Positions 45,144-55,792 are shown, counted from the first letter of the stretch. The stretch is DNA of 64,000 nucleotides from a bacterium (GCA_021788365.1 JAJYKS010000003.1:6283-70282), one strand, 5' to 3'. A program made the numbers and translations. Notes: generated by a model not told the origin, from the letters alone.

Positions 45144-45809
45144 GTGCAAACCGCAAAAGTTGGTGATTTTGTTGTGTACTATGAAAACGCGGATGAATTT
45201 CGTGAACTGAAAAGGGAGATTTGGACCGACGGAGCTTATTATTTCGAGACCGATACTGCTCAGCCGAGAATTATTGATCTTGGTGCGTATTTGGGGCTAG
45301 CAACACTGTATTGGAAGCGATTGTATCCAGCATCTCATATAGATGCATACGAGCCGAACCCGTCTAGCTATGCACTTTTACGCCGAACGATAGATGAGAA
45401 TCAAATACAGGGCGTGAGTACTTTCCCCGTGGCGGTTGCAGCAAAAGGGGCGAATATAACGCTTTATGAGGACAAACAATGGCAATCTACCATGGGGATA
45501 ATCCCTGGAGGGTGGCGTAAAATTCAGAAAACTACTCCTGTGGTGGTGCCAACGGTTTTAATTTCACAATTATTATCCGGGCCCATTGATTTACTCAAGA
45601 TGGATGTTGAAGGAATGGAGTACGAGCTACTTCGAGCTGCCGATTTGACCCGAGTAGCAAATTTGATTGTGGAAGTACACCCTCGCGAAGGACGGCGACG
45701 AGACGAGTTGGTAGCTCTCCTTGCAAAGCAAGGGTACCACATAGAGCAGCGGGAGGATACAAACAGACACGGAGTGGGGCTCGTGCTGTTTGTTGCTAGC
45801 CGAACGTGA
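45144..45809 (+). CDS. FkbM-family SAM-dependent methyltransferase
   Basis: IIDLGAYLGLATLYW...AYEPNPSSYALLRRTI..LLKMDVEGMEYELL is the FkbM pattern. Confidence 0.65.
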   Translation: MQTAKVGDFVVYYENADEFRELKREIWTDGAYYFETDTAQPRIIDLGAYLGLATLYWKRLYPASHIDAYEPNPSSYALLRRTIDENQIQGVSTFPVAVAAKGANITLYEDKQWQSTMGIIPGGWRKIQKTTPVVVPTVLISQLLSGPIDLLKMDVEGMEYELLRAADLTRVANLIVEVHPREGRRRDELVALLAKQGYHIEQREDTNRHGVGLVLFVASRT

Positions 45810-47418
45810 AGGCGTAGACTTGCACATTTCCGTCGGGGAAGGTAATAGTCACCGTGTGATCCTCGGCGCTTGCGAATGTTGCTAAGTTGTAGAGTTGGTC
45901 TTTGTCGATAGAAACGGTGTTCACGACTTTGCCGTCGATCGCAATAACGGCTTTTTTCCCCGACTTGGTTGGTGCCATGACAAGGTTGACCGATTTGGCT
46001 AAGAAGTGAAAGGAGAGTGTGGCTCCTGAGTCCGCCTCTCGGTACTCTGGAGTATCGCTCCACGTGCCGGTAAAGGCAAAACCGTTGAGGGGGAGGGAGG
46101 AGGGGTCGGAGAAGACCATAGAATCGTCGCGGCGGGCGGAGCCGAGGTAGGTTTCCGGTGACTGGGTGTTTACGATATACGACGGGACGCTCACGGTAGA
46201 TGTGTCTACTGCTTGACCGGTTTCCTTGAGGAGGATTTGAATGGCGTGTTCTTCTTCTGCATAGCTGCCTTCGCCAAAATGAACGTAGCGAATGTGACCG
46301 TTTTTGTCTACCAAGTATTTGGCGGGCCAGTACTGGTTGTGGTATGCGTTCCAGATACTAAAATTGTTGTCGAGTACTACGGGGTAAGTAACGCTGAAAT
46401 CTTTTACCGCTTGAGAGACGTTATTTAGATCATGCTCAAACGCAAACTCGGGGGAATGGACACCAATAATGACCAGCCCCTCATCCTTGTATTTGGTGTA
46501 CCAAGCTTTTAGGTAGGGAAGCGTGCGGATACAGTTGACGCACGAGTAGGTCCAGAAGTCGACGAGGACAACTTTGCCACGGAGCGTTTGAAGTGTGAGG
46601 GGTGGGGAGTTTAGCCAGTTTGTTCCACCGGTAAGCTCCGGTGCCGAACCTTGGTCGCGAAGCGAGAGCGCGTCGGAGATTGTCTGCAACATATTTGGAC
46701 CTCCGGTCATTGCTGATAAATTTTGCCTGACGATCGGGGCGGTTTCGAGGCTAGTGAGGTTGGTACTCCACGCCGGGAGATGTGACAAAAGAAATCCTTG
46801 GAAGCGGTTATAGCCATTCCCGGCAACGAGAATGGCGGTTGCAATTGTGAGTGTGCCAAATCCTTGTTGGATGATCCGGCCATGTTTTTTAAACCAGGTG
46901 AGTTCTACCCCGCGGCGGACCAGGAAGAGTACGGCAGAGAGACTGAGGGCGGTCCCTGCCGCGTAGGCGGCGGTCACCAGAAAACCGGTAGCAGTAGTAT
47001 GTCCAGTTGCCGCGGCGGCGATAACGGCGGCGAGGATGGGGCCGACGCAGGGGGTCCAGACTAACCCGAGGGTGGCACCAACGAGAAAGCTGTTTCCGGA
47101 GAGGTGCAGGGAGCCGGTGCCGGAAGTCGCCCTTTCCCATATTGCGTAGAGCCGGGGGATGAGTAGAACGAAGCCAAAGGCCACGATGAACGCGGCGGCG
47201 AGATAGCGGACCAGGTTGGAGTCGAGATGTAGTGAAGCGACGAGGGTGCCGAGGAAAAGAGTGGCGATCGTGAAGCTTACAACAAAGCCAAATAGGAGTG
47301 CAAACGGGCGGGAACGGGAGATACCGGCGCCAAAAATGACGGGCGCCAATGGGAGAATGCAGGGTGAGAGGACGGTAACTACCCCGGCGAGGAAGGCAAA
47401 CACGGCCAAGATAAGCAT
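45796..47418 (-). CDS. Fusion of a CcdA/DsbD-like thiol-disulfide transporter and a TlpA/ResA-like thioredoxin domain
   Basis: The N-terminal TM core has LSPCILPLAPVIFG (CcdA Cys). The C-terminal thioredoxin fold has VDFWTYSCVNCIRTLP (CxxC). Confidence 0.7.
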   Translation of the reverse strand: MLILAVFAFLAGVVTVLSPCILPLAPVIFGAGISRSRPFALLFGFVVSFTIATLFLGTLVASLHLDSNLVRYLAAAFIVAFGFVLLIPRLYAIWERATSGTGSLHLSGNSFLVGATLGLVWTPCVGPILAAVIAAAATGHTTATGFLVTAAYAAGTALSLSAVLFLVRRGVELTWFKKHGRIIQQGFGTLTIATAILVAGNGYNRFQGFLLSHLPAWSTNLTSLETAPIVRQNLSAMTGGPNMLQTISDALSLRDQGSAPELTGGTNWLNSPPLTLQTLRGKVVLVDFWTYSCVNCIRTLPYLKAWYTKYKDEGLVIIGVHSPEFAFEHDLNNVSQAVKDFSVTYPVVLDNNFSIWNAYHNQYWPAKYLVDKNGHIRYVHFGEGSYAEEEHAIQILLKETGQAVDTSTVSVPSYIVNTQSPETYLGSARRDDSMVFSDPSSLPLNGFAFTGTWSDTPEYREADSGATLSFHFLAKSVNLVMAPTKSGKKAVIAIDGKVVNTVSIDKDQLYNLATFASAEDHTVTITFPDGNVQVYAFTFG

Positions 47419-47471
47419 GAGCCAACTCTACCATAAAATACTCTGAGTTTAATGTGTTATAGTAGGTGTAG

Positions 47472-47780
47472 ATGCGCGTTGCGTTTTCGTTTGACGATAT
47501 TGCCGATAACCAAGATCTCAAGGAAAAGCTCTCGGGTAAGTTTTCTTCGCTTGATAAATTTCTTACTCATGTACCGCCCGATCTCCAGCAGGTGAACGTT
47601 CGGGTGACGAAGGGGAGCCGGTGGGGGTATGCGGTTGCCGCTTCGATGCCACTTCCTAAACGAGAGGTTGTCGCGGAAGCAGAAGATAAAGATCTCCTTA
47701 CCGCGGTCGACCTGATAGTGAACAAACTTTCGGCAGAGCTACGCAAGCGGTGGGAAAAACTTAGAGCGAGGCGGGGGTAA
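47472..47780 (+). CDS. hpf: Ribosome hibernation factor (HPF/RaiA/YfiA family)
   Basis: 102 aa with LKEKLSGKFSSLDKF...VNVRVTKGSRWGYAVAASMPLP...AVDLIVNKLSAELRKRWEKLR, typical of short HPF. Confidence 0.65.
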   Translation: MRVAFSFDDIADNQDLKEKLSGKFSSLDKFLTHVPPDLQQVNVRVTKGSRWGYAVAASMPLPKREVVAEAEDKDLLTAVDLIVNKLSAELRKRWEKLRARRG

Positions 47781-50313
47781 GGCGGTAGAAGAGCCTTTTT
47801 CCGAGCTCGGCGGCGGCGAAGTATCCAAAAACAACAAATATCAGTGTCGTGAGAATAGGAGTACCGAGACGGACGAAACCAAGGTCCGGATCGAGGCTTG
47901 TGAAGGGAAGTAGCCAGCCAAAGATGACAACCAGTGCGGTGCTCCACCAGAGCCATGGGTGGGGGCGTGACTGTAAAAATGGAATCCTCCTAGTGCGGAT
48001 AATGTGTATGACAAGTGTTTGCGTGGCCAGTGATTCCAGGAACCAGCCTGTTTGGAAGGCGGCAGGAGACACCTTGAAAACCGCGTACAGCAGGTAAAAG
48101 GTGGCAAAGTCGAAGGCAGAGCTAATTGGTCCCATGATGAGCATGAAGTTTCTGATAAAGCGGATATCCCACCGCTTGGGGTGGTCGATGTACTCTCGGT
48201 CGACATTGTCCAGGGGAATCGTTAGCTGCGAAAGGTCGTAAAGGAAATTGTTTAAGAGAATTTGAATTGGGAGCATGGGGAGGAAGGGGAGCAAGAGTAC
48301 GGCTCCTAAAACGCTAAACATGTTGCCAAAGTTACTGGACAATCCCATCATGATGTATTTCATGGTATTGCCGAAGGTTTTCCGGCCTTCGGTGACACCC
48401 TCCTTTAAGATTTCCAGACTCTTGTGAGTCAAGATAAAGTCAGCCGATTCTTTGGCAATGTCAACGGCGTTGTCTACCGAGAGACCAACGTCGGCGGCTT
48501 TTAGCGACAGCGCGTCGTTGACCCCATCGCCCATGTAGCCGACGACTGATTTATCTGCTCGCATAGCTCGGATAACGCGCGCCTTTTGCTCGGGAGAGAA
48601 ACGAGCAAAAACGGTCACATCACGTGCACGTTGACCGAGTTCGGTGTCGCTCATTTTCTCTATATCTTGGCCTAGTAGCATGCCTTTTATTGGTAGACCA
48701 ACGTCCGCACAAATCTTTGCAGTCACGAGCTCATTGTCGCCGGTTACTATCTTTACCTCGATGCCCAGTCGCTCTAATTCTTTTATGACTGGTAGTACGC
48801 CGTCTTTAGCGGGATCTAAGAAGGCTGTAAAGCCATAAAAGGTGAGTCCATCTTCGTCGTTTTTAGTATACGAGATTTTGGTGGGAACAGTCTTGCCGGC
48901 AATGGCCAAGACGCGGAACCCTGACTGGCTAAGCGAGGTAAAAAGTTCCATGATTTGTTTTTGTTTTTTGGGGGTAAGGGGGGTGACCACTTCTTTTTCG
49001 ACGGTTGTTGTGCAACGCTTCATAACCATTTCCGGAGCCCCCTTGCAGATGAGCTCGCGCTTCCCACTTTTTTTGACGACGATACTCATCAGACGACGGT
49101 GGAAGTCAAAGGGAATCTCGTCTAGTTTTATGTATCCCTTCGTCGACACACCGCGATGTTCAAGCACGGCGGCATCGAGGGGATTGGTGAGCCCAGTCTG
49201 CAACTTTGCGTTTACGTATGCACGTTCCAATACTTCTACTGAATCATGACCTTGCCAGTCGACGTAGCGAACAAGTCGGACGTGATCCTCCGTTAGCGTT
49301 CCCGTTTTGTCAGTTGCTAGTACGTTCATGCTGCCCAAGGTAGGAATAGCCGTTAACCGTTTTACCACGACACCTTTCCTAGCCATGCGGACAGATCCGC
49401 GACTCATAGTGACCGTCATGATCATGGGGAGAAACTCCGGTGTGAGTCCTACGGCCACGGCAACGGCAAAGGTGAGAGACGATAAAACATCGTGTTTTAG
49501 TAGTGTGTTTAGGATAAAGATGACAACAACAAATACAACTACCGTGCGAAGAATAAACGTACCGAAGGTAGCTATCCCACGTGTGAAATCATTTTCATTG
49601 TCACCTTCTATAACACCATGGGCAATGGCGCCTACCTCAGTGTGTTTACCTGTTGCATAGACAACAGCTTCTGCAGTACCGGAGACAACGCTTGTTCCCG
49701 CGAATACCATGTTTTTAGCCTCTGCGGGGCCGGTGAATACAAGACTGTCAATGGCATGTTTTTCGACAGGAAAAGACTCGCCGGTCACGGCGCTTTCGCT
49801 TATGTATAAGTCTTTTTCGGTGAGCAAGCGTGCGTCTGCCGGAACGAGGTCGCCAGCGTTTAACACTATAATGTCACCCACAACTACTTCGCGGGCAGGA
49901 ATTTCCATAACCCGTGCCTCGCGTTTCACCGAGCACTGTACTGCTAGTTTTGCTTTTAATTTTTCTGCTGCGGCAGAAGCGCGATGTTCTTGAAAGAAAT
50001 TTAGGGTGGTACTTAGAAACACCATTGACAGGATAATGCCGGCGTTAACCATTTCTCCGAGGAAGAAAGAGACAACACTCACCACTATGAGGATGAGGAC
50101 AAGCGGATTCTTGAAATTTAACAGATACTCTATAACGACGTGTATCTTTTTTGCCGTCTCGGTTGTGTTGTCGCCGAACGAGCGACGGCGAATGGTCGCT
50201 TCTTTATTGCTTATTCCGTGGCCGGGATTGACACCTAACGTTTTTTCCAGTGCTTCTGGAGTGAGACTTGCCGCTTCCGCGGGTGGGACGAATATTGGTG
50301 GGGTCATAGACAC
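47761..50313 (-). CDS. P-type cation-transporting ATPase (MgtA/PIIIB-like)
   Basis: Phosphorylation motif DKTGTLTED, hinge GDGVNDALSLKAADVGLSV, TGES (TGESFPV), and about 10 TM helices. Confidence 0.85.
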   Translation of the reverse strand: MSMTPPIFVPPAEAASLTPEALEKTLGVNPGHGISNKEATIRRRSFGDNTTETAKKIHVVIEYLLNFKNPLVLILIVVSVVSFFLGEMVNAGIILSMVFLSTTLNFFQEHRASAAAEKLKAKLAVQCSVKREARVMEIPAREVVVGDIIVLNAGDLVPADARLLTEKDLYISESAVTGESFPVEKHAIDSLVFTGPAEAKNMVFAGTSVVSGTAEAVVYATGKHTEVGAIAHGVIEGDNENDFTRGIATFGTFILRTVVVFVVVIFILNTLLKHDVLSSLTFAVAVAVGLTPEFLPMIMTVTMSRGSVRMARKGVVVKRLTAIPTLGSMNVLATDKTGTLTEDHVRLVRYVDWQGHDSVEVLERAYVNAKLQTGLTNPLDAAVLEHRGVSTKGYIKLDEIPFDFHRRLMSIVVKKSGKRELICKGAPEMVMKRCTTTVEKEVVTPLTPKKQKQIMELFTSLSQSGFRVLAIAGKTVPTKISYTKNDEDGLTFYGFTAFLDPAKDGVLPVIKELERLGIEVKIVTGDNELVTAKICADVGLPIKGMLLGQDIEKMSDTELGQRARDVTVFARFSPEQKARVIRAMRADKSVVGYMGDGVNDALSLKAADVGLSVDNAVDIAKESADFILTHKSLEILKEGVTEGRKTFGNTMKYIMMGLSSNFGNMFSVLGAVLLLPFLPMLPIQILLNNFLYDLSQLTIPLDNVDREYIDHPKRWDIRFIRNFMLIMGPISSAFDFATFYLLYAVFKVSPAAFQTGWFLESLATQTLVIHIIRTRRIPFLQSRPHPWLWWSTALVVIFGWLLPFTSLDPDLGFVRLGTPILTTLIFVVFGYFAAAELGKRLFYRLTPASL

Positions 50314-50520
50314 TACTATAGAGCATGTTTTTGTCTTTTGTTATCTGGTCGGGTATAGTGGAGTGGTATGGATCAGGGAAGAGCCTTGTTGCCGAAAGCG
50401 TTGTTTGGTGGGGTTGACGAGCGAGTTGCGGGATTTGCCTCGCTTCGCGCGCTTGCTGCAACACAGCATATTCGCCTTGCGTCTATTCATGAACTCTATG
50501 TAGCCCGGGGGAAGGGAGCT

Positions 50521-51606
50521 ATGCCTTTTACCTTTACCGTGCCGGCTATTAATCTGCGTGGGTTTACCTACCGCTCGGCACGAGCGATTTTGCGGGCGGC
50601 CAAAGAAATTGATGGGTTTGTCATATTTGAACTTGCCAGATCTGAGATGCAATATACGGCTCAGCCGTCTGCGGAATATGCGAGTGAAGTACTCGCGGCG
50701 GCCATTGACGAAGAGTGGGAGGGGCCGCTCTTTTTGCAAGCAGACCACACGCAATTTAAGGCCGTCTCCCCCGGCGTGCCGGCAGATGGGGAGATGGAGT
50801 CTATCTGCGAGCTTATTGTGCAGGATATGGCAGCGGGGTTCTATAACATAGACATTGATGGATCAACCCTAGTCGATCTTTCGCAGCCAATGGTTTCTGC
50901 ACAGCAGAAAACCAATATTGCGGTGACCGGTGAGCTACTGGCCTTTATCCGCGAACGGCAACCGGAGGAGGTCATTGTCTCTGTTGGTGGCGAGATTGGG
51001 CATATTGGTGACACCAACTCCACCCCAGAAGATATGCAGGTTTTTATGGAAGGAATAGCGCCTGTGTATGCTAACAAATTTCCCGGTTTGAGCAAGGTAA
51101 GTGTGCAAACGGGGACACGACACGGTGGGGTTATCGATGCGGCGGGCAAGACCGAAGCGATGAACGTTGATTTTGACGTTATCGACCGCCTTGGTGCAAT
51201 CGCACGGAAGTATGGGGCTGGTGGAGTCGTACAGCACGGGGCCTCGACCCTCGCCGACTCGCAGCTGTCACAGTTCCCGGCGCACCAAACACTCGAAATA
51301 CACCTGGCAACGGGGTGGCAGAATCTCATTATGGATCACCCGGCATTTCCTGCTGACCTTATGCATAGAGTTGACGAGTGGGTGGATGCACAGTACCTGA
51401 ATGAGCGAAAGCCAGATCAGACTGAGGCGCAGTTCCACTATCGGATGCGGAAGTATGCGTGGGGGCAGATCAGGCGCGAGGTGTGGGAGTTGCCTAACGA
51501 GGTGCAGGATACGTTGGCGACGACGGTGTATGAGCGGGCAAAGGTAATTCTTCGAGAGCTGGGAATGCACGAAACAAGAAAATATTTGGAATTGTGTGAA
51601 GGTTGA
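50521..51606 (+). CDS. Class II ketose-bisphosphate (fructose-1,6-bisphosphate) aldolase-like protein
   Basis: LQADHTQF, NIDIDGS and VSVGGEIGHIGD fit the class II aldolase metal/substrate motifs. The start is taken at MPFTFTV (the ORF opens at 50368). Family assignment is moderate. Confidence 0.55.
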   Translation: MPFTFTVPAINLRGFTYRSARAILRAAKEIDGFVIFELARSEMQYTAQPSAEYASEVLAAAIDEEWEGPLFLQADHTQFKAVSPGVPADGEMESICELIVQDMAAGFYNIDIDGSTLVDLSQPMVSAQQKTNIAVTGELLAFIRERQPEEVIVSVGGEIGHIGDTNSTPEDMQVFMEGIAPVYANKFPGLSKVSVQTGTRHGGVIDAAGKTEAMNVDFDVIDRLGAIARKYGAGGVVQHGASTLADSQLSQFPAHQTLEIHLATGWQNLIMDHPAFPADLMHRVDEWVDAQYLNERKPDQTEAQFHYRMRKYAWGQIRREVWELPNEVQDTLATTVYERAKVILRELGMHETRKYLELCEG

Positions 51607-52631
51607 TAATGAGAATACTTGAACAACTCGATGTTGCCGGGAAGCGAGTAGTGGTGCGTGTGGACTGGAATGTGACTTTGGGTAGGACACTCGAAATCGT
51701 CGATGACATGCGGATAGGGAAGACGCTTCCCACAACCCGGTATCTTCTGGAACACGGGGCAACACAAGTAATACTACTGGCACATTTGGGGAAGCCGGGA
51801 GGGAAGGCGGTGACGGAGCTGTCGCTCGCGCCTGTGGCTAAATACGCCGAAACGTTATTGGGAGAGGAAATAAAATTTTGGAGTAGTGTTGCGGAGTGCC
51901 AAAGTGACACAGTATCACGGGTAAAAATGCTGGAGAATCTGAGGTTTTGGCCGGGAGAGGAGGCGAATGATCTGGAATTTGCTAAGCAACTGGCAAATCT
52001 AGGAGATGTGTATGTGGACGAGGCGTTTGGGGAGGCGCACCGGCAAGCCGCTTCAATTGTGGGAATACCGAAACTACTGCCGTCTGCGGCGGGACTGTGG
52101 TTTGCCACGGAGGTAGAGAAAATAACTAAAGCGGTAGCTAGGCCTGAGCGGCCATTCGTGGTCGTCATGGGCGGGGCAAAAGTAGATGACAAGATTAAAC
52201 TCCTTGAGGCGTTGTCACAGAAGGCGGATGTTATCCTCCTGGGTGGAAAATTGGCAAACGAATTTGTGAGCCGGGGCATGAAACTCGCCGGCACGGCGCG
52301 AGTGATTACACCGGTAGAGGGTAGCAACCTACTGGATATCGGCGAGGAGACACAAAGGCTCTTTACTGCCGAGATTATGCAAGCCGGAACGGTGGTGTGG
52401 AACGGGCCGATGGGGAAGGTAGAGGATATGGCGTACCAGGCCGGGACGGATGCGATGTTTGTGGCGGTCGCTGAGACGCCGGCATATACCCTGGTGGGCG
52501 GTGGGGATACTTTGGCGGCACTCCACGACGAAGGCCACTTTGAACGAATTGACCATATATCGACGGGCGGCGGGGCGATGCTCGCTTTGATTGAGAAGGG
52601 AACGCTGCCGGGAATAGAAGCGCTGAGGTAG
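51603..52631 (+). CDS. pgk: Phosphoglycerate kinase (compact, 342 aa)
   Basis: KRVVVRVDWNVTL and VILLAHLGKPGGK are PGK N-domain motifs. The C-domain has GGGDT-like and GGGA. Confidence 0.7.
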   Translation: MIMRILEQLDVAGKRVVVRVDWNVTLGRTLEIVDDMRIGKTLPTTRYLLEHGATQVILLAHLGKPGGKAVTELSLAPVAKYAETLLGEEIKFWSSVAECQSDTVSRVKMLENLRFWPGEEANDLEFAKQLANLGDVYVDEAFGEAHRQAASIVGIPKLLPSAAGLWFATEVEKITKAVARPERPFVVVMGGAKVDDKIKLLEALSQKADVILLGGKLANEFVSRGMKLAGTARVITPVEGSNLLDIGEETQRLFTAEIMQAGTVVWNGPMGKVEDMAYQAGTDAMFVAVAETPAYTLVGGGDTLAALHDEGHFERIDHISTGGGAMLALIEKGTLPGIEALR

Positions 52632-52633
52632 GT

Positions 52634-53218
52634 ATGAAACTCGTGGTTTTTGACGTAGAGACCAAGAAAGCATTTGATGAGGTGGGGGGATACTACCCGG
52701 AGAAGCTGGGTGTGTCTATCTCTGGTGTGTACTATCGGGACGATGAAGCGCATGTTGAGTGGTTGAGGGGGTTCCGGGAAGAGTCGTTTCCTGAAATGTT
52801 TAAGCTTTTTGAGACGGCTGATCGGGTGGTTGGGTTTAATACCATTAGCTTTGATCTGCCCGCCTTGTCACCCTACTATGTCGGTGACCTACAGAAACTA
52901 CCCAACTTGGATATTATGGTAGAGCTTGAAAAGAAGATTGGACATAGGGTGGCGCTTGATGCTGTGGCCAAAGAAACTTTGGGTGAGCAGAAGATTGGAC
53001 ATGGCCTAGACGCCATACGCTATTATCATGACGGTGATTGGGAATCACTCGAAAAATACTGTTTGCAGGATGTTGTTGTCACTCGTAAGTTGTATGACGT
53101 CGGCGCTTTAGGGAAGCCCATGAAGTTTAAGAATAAGTGGAACCGCATTATTGAAGTCCCCGTCGATTTTTCATATCATCCAACTGATCGCGCGACCGTA
53201 CAAACTACTTTGTTTTAA
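52634..53218 (+). CDS. DEDD-family 3'-5' exonuclease (DnaQ/RNase T-like fold)
   Basis: VVFDVETKK (Exo I) and VGFNTISFDLPAL (Exo II) are present, with YxxxD further downstream. Confidence 0.55.
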   Translation: MKLVVFDVETKKAFDEVGGYYPEKLGVSISGVYYRDDEAHVEWLRGFREESFPEMFKLFETADRVVGFNTISFDLPALSPYYVGDLQKLPNLDIMVELEKKIGHRVALDAVAKETLGEQKIGHGLDAIRYYHDGDWESLEKYCLQDVVVTRKLYDVGALGKPMKFKNKWNRIIEVPVDFSYHPTDRATVQTTLF

Positions 53219-53297
53219 GCTTTTTTACAGTTGCAAAATGTTAATCTTGGATTAAAATCTAGATAGTTGTTACTCACATTATAAAAGGAGGGTTCGT

Positions 53298-53714
53298 ATG
53301 AGTGCATTTCGATTCCGCAAAAAGACTGAGTATGGTCTTATTATGATGTCGCTTCTAGCAGGTGGCGAGAAGGACGCGCTTGTCTCTGTACACCAGATGC
53401 AAGAGTACGGACTCCCTCGCTCATTTCTCGTAAAAATCGCACGAGACCTCATCAAAGCTGGGCTTATCATGGCAAAAGAAGGAAGGGGTGGCGGCTACTA
53501 CCTACGTAAGCCCGCAACTTCCGTGACCTTACGTGATGTTGTTGAAGCTCTTGAGGGGCCAGTTGCTACGTCGGCGTGTATAGTTCACGGTGTAAAGTGT
53601 CCACTCCACGAAAAGTGTCCGCACCGTCGCGTGATGCAGAGTGTGACCGAAGAAATTACACAGATTCTCGGCAAATATAGGCTGTCCGATTTTGACCTCA
53701 AAAAGGTGACATGA
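53298..53714 (+). CDS. Rrf2-family transcriptional regulator (IscR/SufR-like, three-Cys cluster)
   Basis: N-terminal wHTH (KTEYGLIMMSLLA...) and CIVHGVKCPLHEKCPHR Cys ligands. It sits directly upstream of sufCB and has a canonical SD AAAGGAGG. Confidence 0.8.
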   Translation: MSAFRFRKKTEYGLIMMSLLAGGEKDALVSVHQMQEYGLPRSFLVKIARDLIKAGLIMAKEGRGGGYYLRKPATSVTLRDVVEALEGPVATSACIVHGVKCPLHEKCPHRRVMQSVTEEITQILGKYRLSDFDLKKVT

Positions 53715-54421
53715 ACGGGGCTAGCGGGGCGGCAATACTGTCCGTTTCCCACCTGACTGTCGCTGTTGCTGACCGAGAGGCGTTTCGCGATATCTCGTTC
53801 ACCCTTGATCGGGGTGGTGTGTATGCCCTCATGGGTCCGAATGGTGGGGGGAAAACAAGCTTAGCAATGTTTTTAATGGGGAGCACGCAGTACTTAGTGC
53901 ACCCTAAGCGTGGGACAGAGGTACTTTTTGACGGGAAAGATTTACTTGCAATGAAACCAAACGAGCGTGCAAAGGTGGGACTCTATGTCTCTTGGCAGCA
54001 GCCGATTGCTATACCTGGCGTGTCAGTTTTTTCGCTTGCTAAGGCTAGTTATGAGAATGTTGTGGGGGCCATTGATAGCGTGGTGGCCTTTAAAACGAGG
54101 GTGGAGGAACTCCTAACACGTGTCGGACTACCTGCGACGTATGTATCCCGGAGTGTAAATGATGGATTCTCGGGTGGAGAACGCAAGCGACTCGAGCTTT
54201 TTCAGCTTCTTCTCTTGCAGCCAAAGCTTGCTATTCTTGATGAGCTCGATTCTGGGCTTGACCAGGCAGGGCGCGCACTCCTTACGAGCGTTGTTGCGGA
54301 GCTCTCCCGAGCTGGGACTACATTTCTCATAATAAGCCACTACAACGAGCTGCTTCGCAATCTATCAATTAGCAACACCTGGGAACTCGAAGATGGACAG
54401 TTACACGCTCGGCTTTCATAG
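53711..54421 (+). CDS. sufC: Fe-S cluster assembly ATPase SufC
   Basis: Walker A GPNGGGKTSL, the ABC signature FSGGERKRLE, and Walker B ILDELDSGLD. Confidence 0.85.
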   Translation: MNGASGAAILSVSHLTVAVADREAFRDISFTLDRGGVYALMGPNGGGKTSLAMFLMGSTQYLVHPKRGTEVLFDGKDLLAMKPNERAKVGLYVSWQQPIAIPGVSVFSLAKASYENVVGAIDSVVAFKTRVEELLTRVGLPATYVSRSVNDGFSGGERKRLELFQLLLLQPKLAILDELDSGLDQAGRALLTSVVAELSRAGTTFLIISHYNELLRNLSISNTWELEDGQLHARLS

Positions 54422-55772
54422 CGATACGGGGGATTATCGATATCGCGCACCGAAGGGTTTGTCGGAATCTCTAGTTCGCGAGCTGTCCCGCCAAAAGAAC
54501 GAGCCACCATGGATGCTTGATATACGACTTGCGGCGCTTGCCCAGTTTTACGAGATGGCGATACCTACTTGGGGAGCTAACCTCTCCGACATACGTTGGG
54601 ACGATATCCACTATTACCTGAAACCTGTCGAGCGGCCCTATAAAAATTGGAAAGAAGTGCCCGACGAGGTACGCAAAGTATTTGATGCGATCGGCGTGCC
54701 GGAAGCAGAGCGAGAACAGCTCGCAGGCGTGGGAGGACAATACGATAGCGAGGTTATCTATCATAGTTTACATAAAACCCTTTCTAAGAAGGGTGTTGTG
54801 TTTCTATCTATGGATGAGGGACTGAAGCAGTATCCCGAGATCGTGCGGAAGTACTTTGGTACGATCGTGCCATACGGCGACAATAAACTGGCAGCCCTCA
54901 ATACGGCAGTATGGAGCGGCGGCAGCTTTGTGTACGTGCCAAGTGGTGTGGATGTACAGCTGCCCTTGCAAGCATATTTTCGTATAAACTCGGAGAACGC
55001 GGGGCAGTTTGAGCGAACACTCATTGTTGCTGAAAAGGGGGCACGCGTACACTACGTGGAAGGGTGCTCCGCCCCCGCTTTTAGCAGTGCGAGCTTGCAC
55101 GCGGCTGTTGTGGAAGTGATTGTCGAAAATGGTGCGAAGGTGCGCTACACCACTGTGCAGAATTGGTACAAGAACGTTTATAACCTTGTTACCAAACGGG
55201 CGACGGTTGCTGCGGACGGGGTGATGGAATGGGTGGATTGCAATCTAGGGAGCAAAATAACCATGAAGTATCCGTCGTGCATCCTCCGGGGAGAGCGGGC
55301 ACGTGGGGAGATGCTGTCTATTGCTGTTGCTGGGGAGGGACAGCACCAGGACGCAGGGGCAAAGATGCATCACCTAGCACCTCACACTACCAGTAGAATC
55401 ATCTCGAAATCTATTTCTAAGGGTGGGGGGCGTAGCTCATATAGAGGAATGGTAACAATGGCTCCAACGGCGATAGGCGCCAAGAGCAAGGTGGTGTGTG
55501 ACGCACTTATTCTTGACCCTGCAAGCCGTAGCGATACGTATCCCACGAATCGGATACTGACGGGTGCGGCAACCGTGGAACACGAAGCGACGGTGTCGAA
55601 GATTGGCGAGGAACAGCTTCTCTACCTTATGTCACGAGGCATGACACAAGTGGAAGCGGAGGGGATGATCGTCCGCGGGTTTCTGGAGCCGGTCGTGGCC
55701 GAGCTGCCCTTAGAATATGCAGTGGAACTTAACCGGCTCGTGAATATGGAAATGGAAGGGAGTGTGGGATGA
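54393..55772 (+). CDS. sufB: Fe-S cluster assembly scaffold SufB
   Basis: The C-terminus EEQLLYLMSRGMTQVEAEGMIVRGFLEPVVAELPLEYAVELNRLVNMEMEGSVG closely matches the canonical SufB end. Confidence 0.8.
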   Translation: MDSYTLGFHSDTGDYRYRAPKGLSESLVRELSRQKNEPPWMLDIRLAALAQFYEMAIPTWGANLSDIRWDDIHYYLKPVERPYKNWKEVPDEVRKVFDAIGVPEAEREQLAGVGGQYDSEVIYHSLHKTLSKKGVVFLSMDEGLKQYPEIVRKYFGTIVPYGDNKLAALNTAVWSGGSFVYVPSGVDVQLPLQAYFRINSENAGQFERTLIVAEKGARVHYVEGCSAPAFSSASLHAAVVEVIVENGAKVRYTTVQNWYKNVYNLVTKRATVAADGVMEWVDCNLGSKITMKYPSCILRGERARGEMLSIAVAGEGQHQDAGAKMHHLAPHTTSRIISKSISKGGGRSSYRGMVTMAPTAIGAKSKVVCDALILDPASRSDTYPTNRILTGAATVEHEATVSKIGEEQLLYLMSRGMTQVEAEGMIVRGFLEPVVAELPLEYAVELNRLVNMEMEGSVG

Positions 55773-55792
55773 CTTCACAACCATTGCACGCC

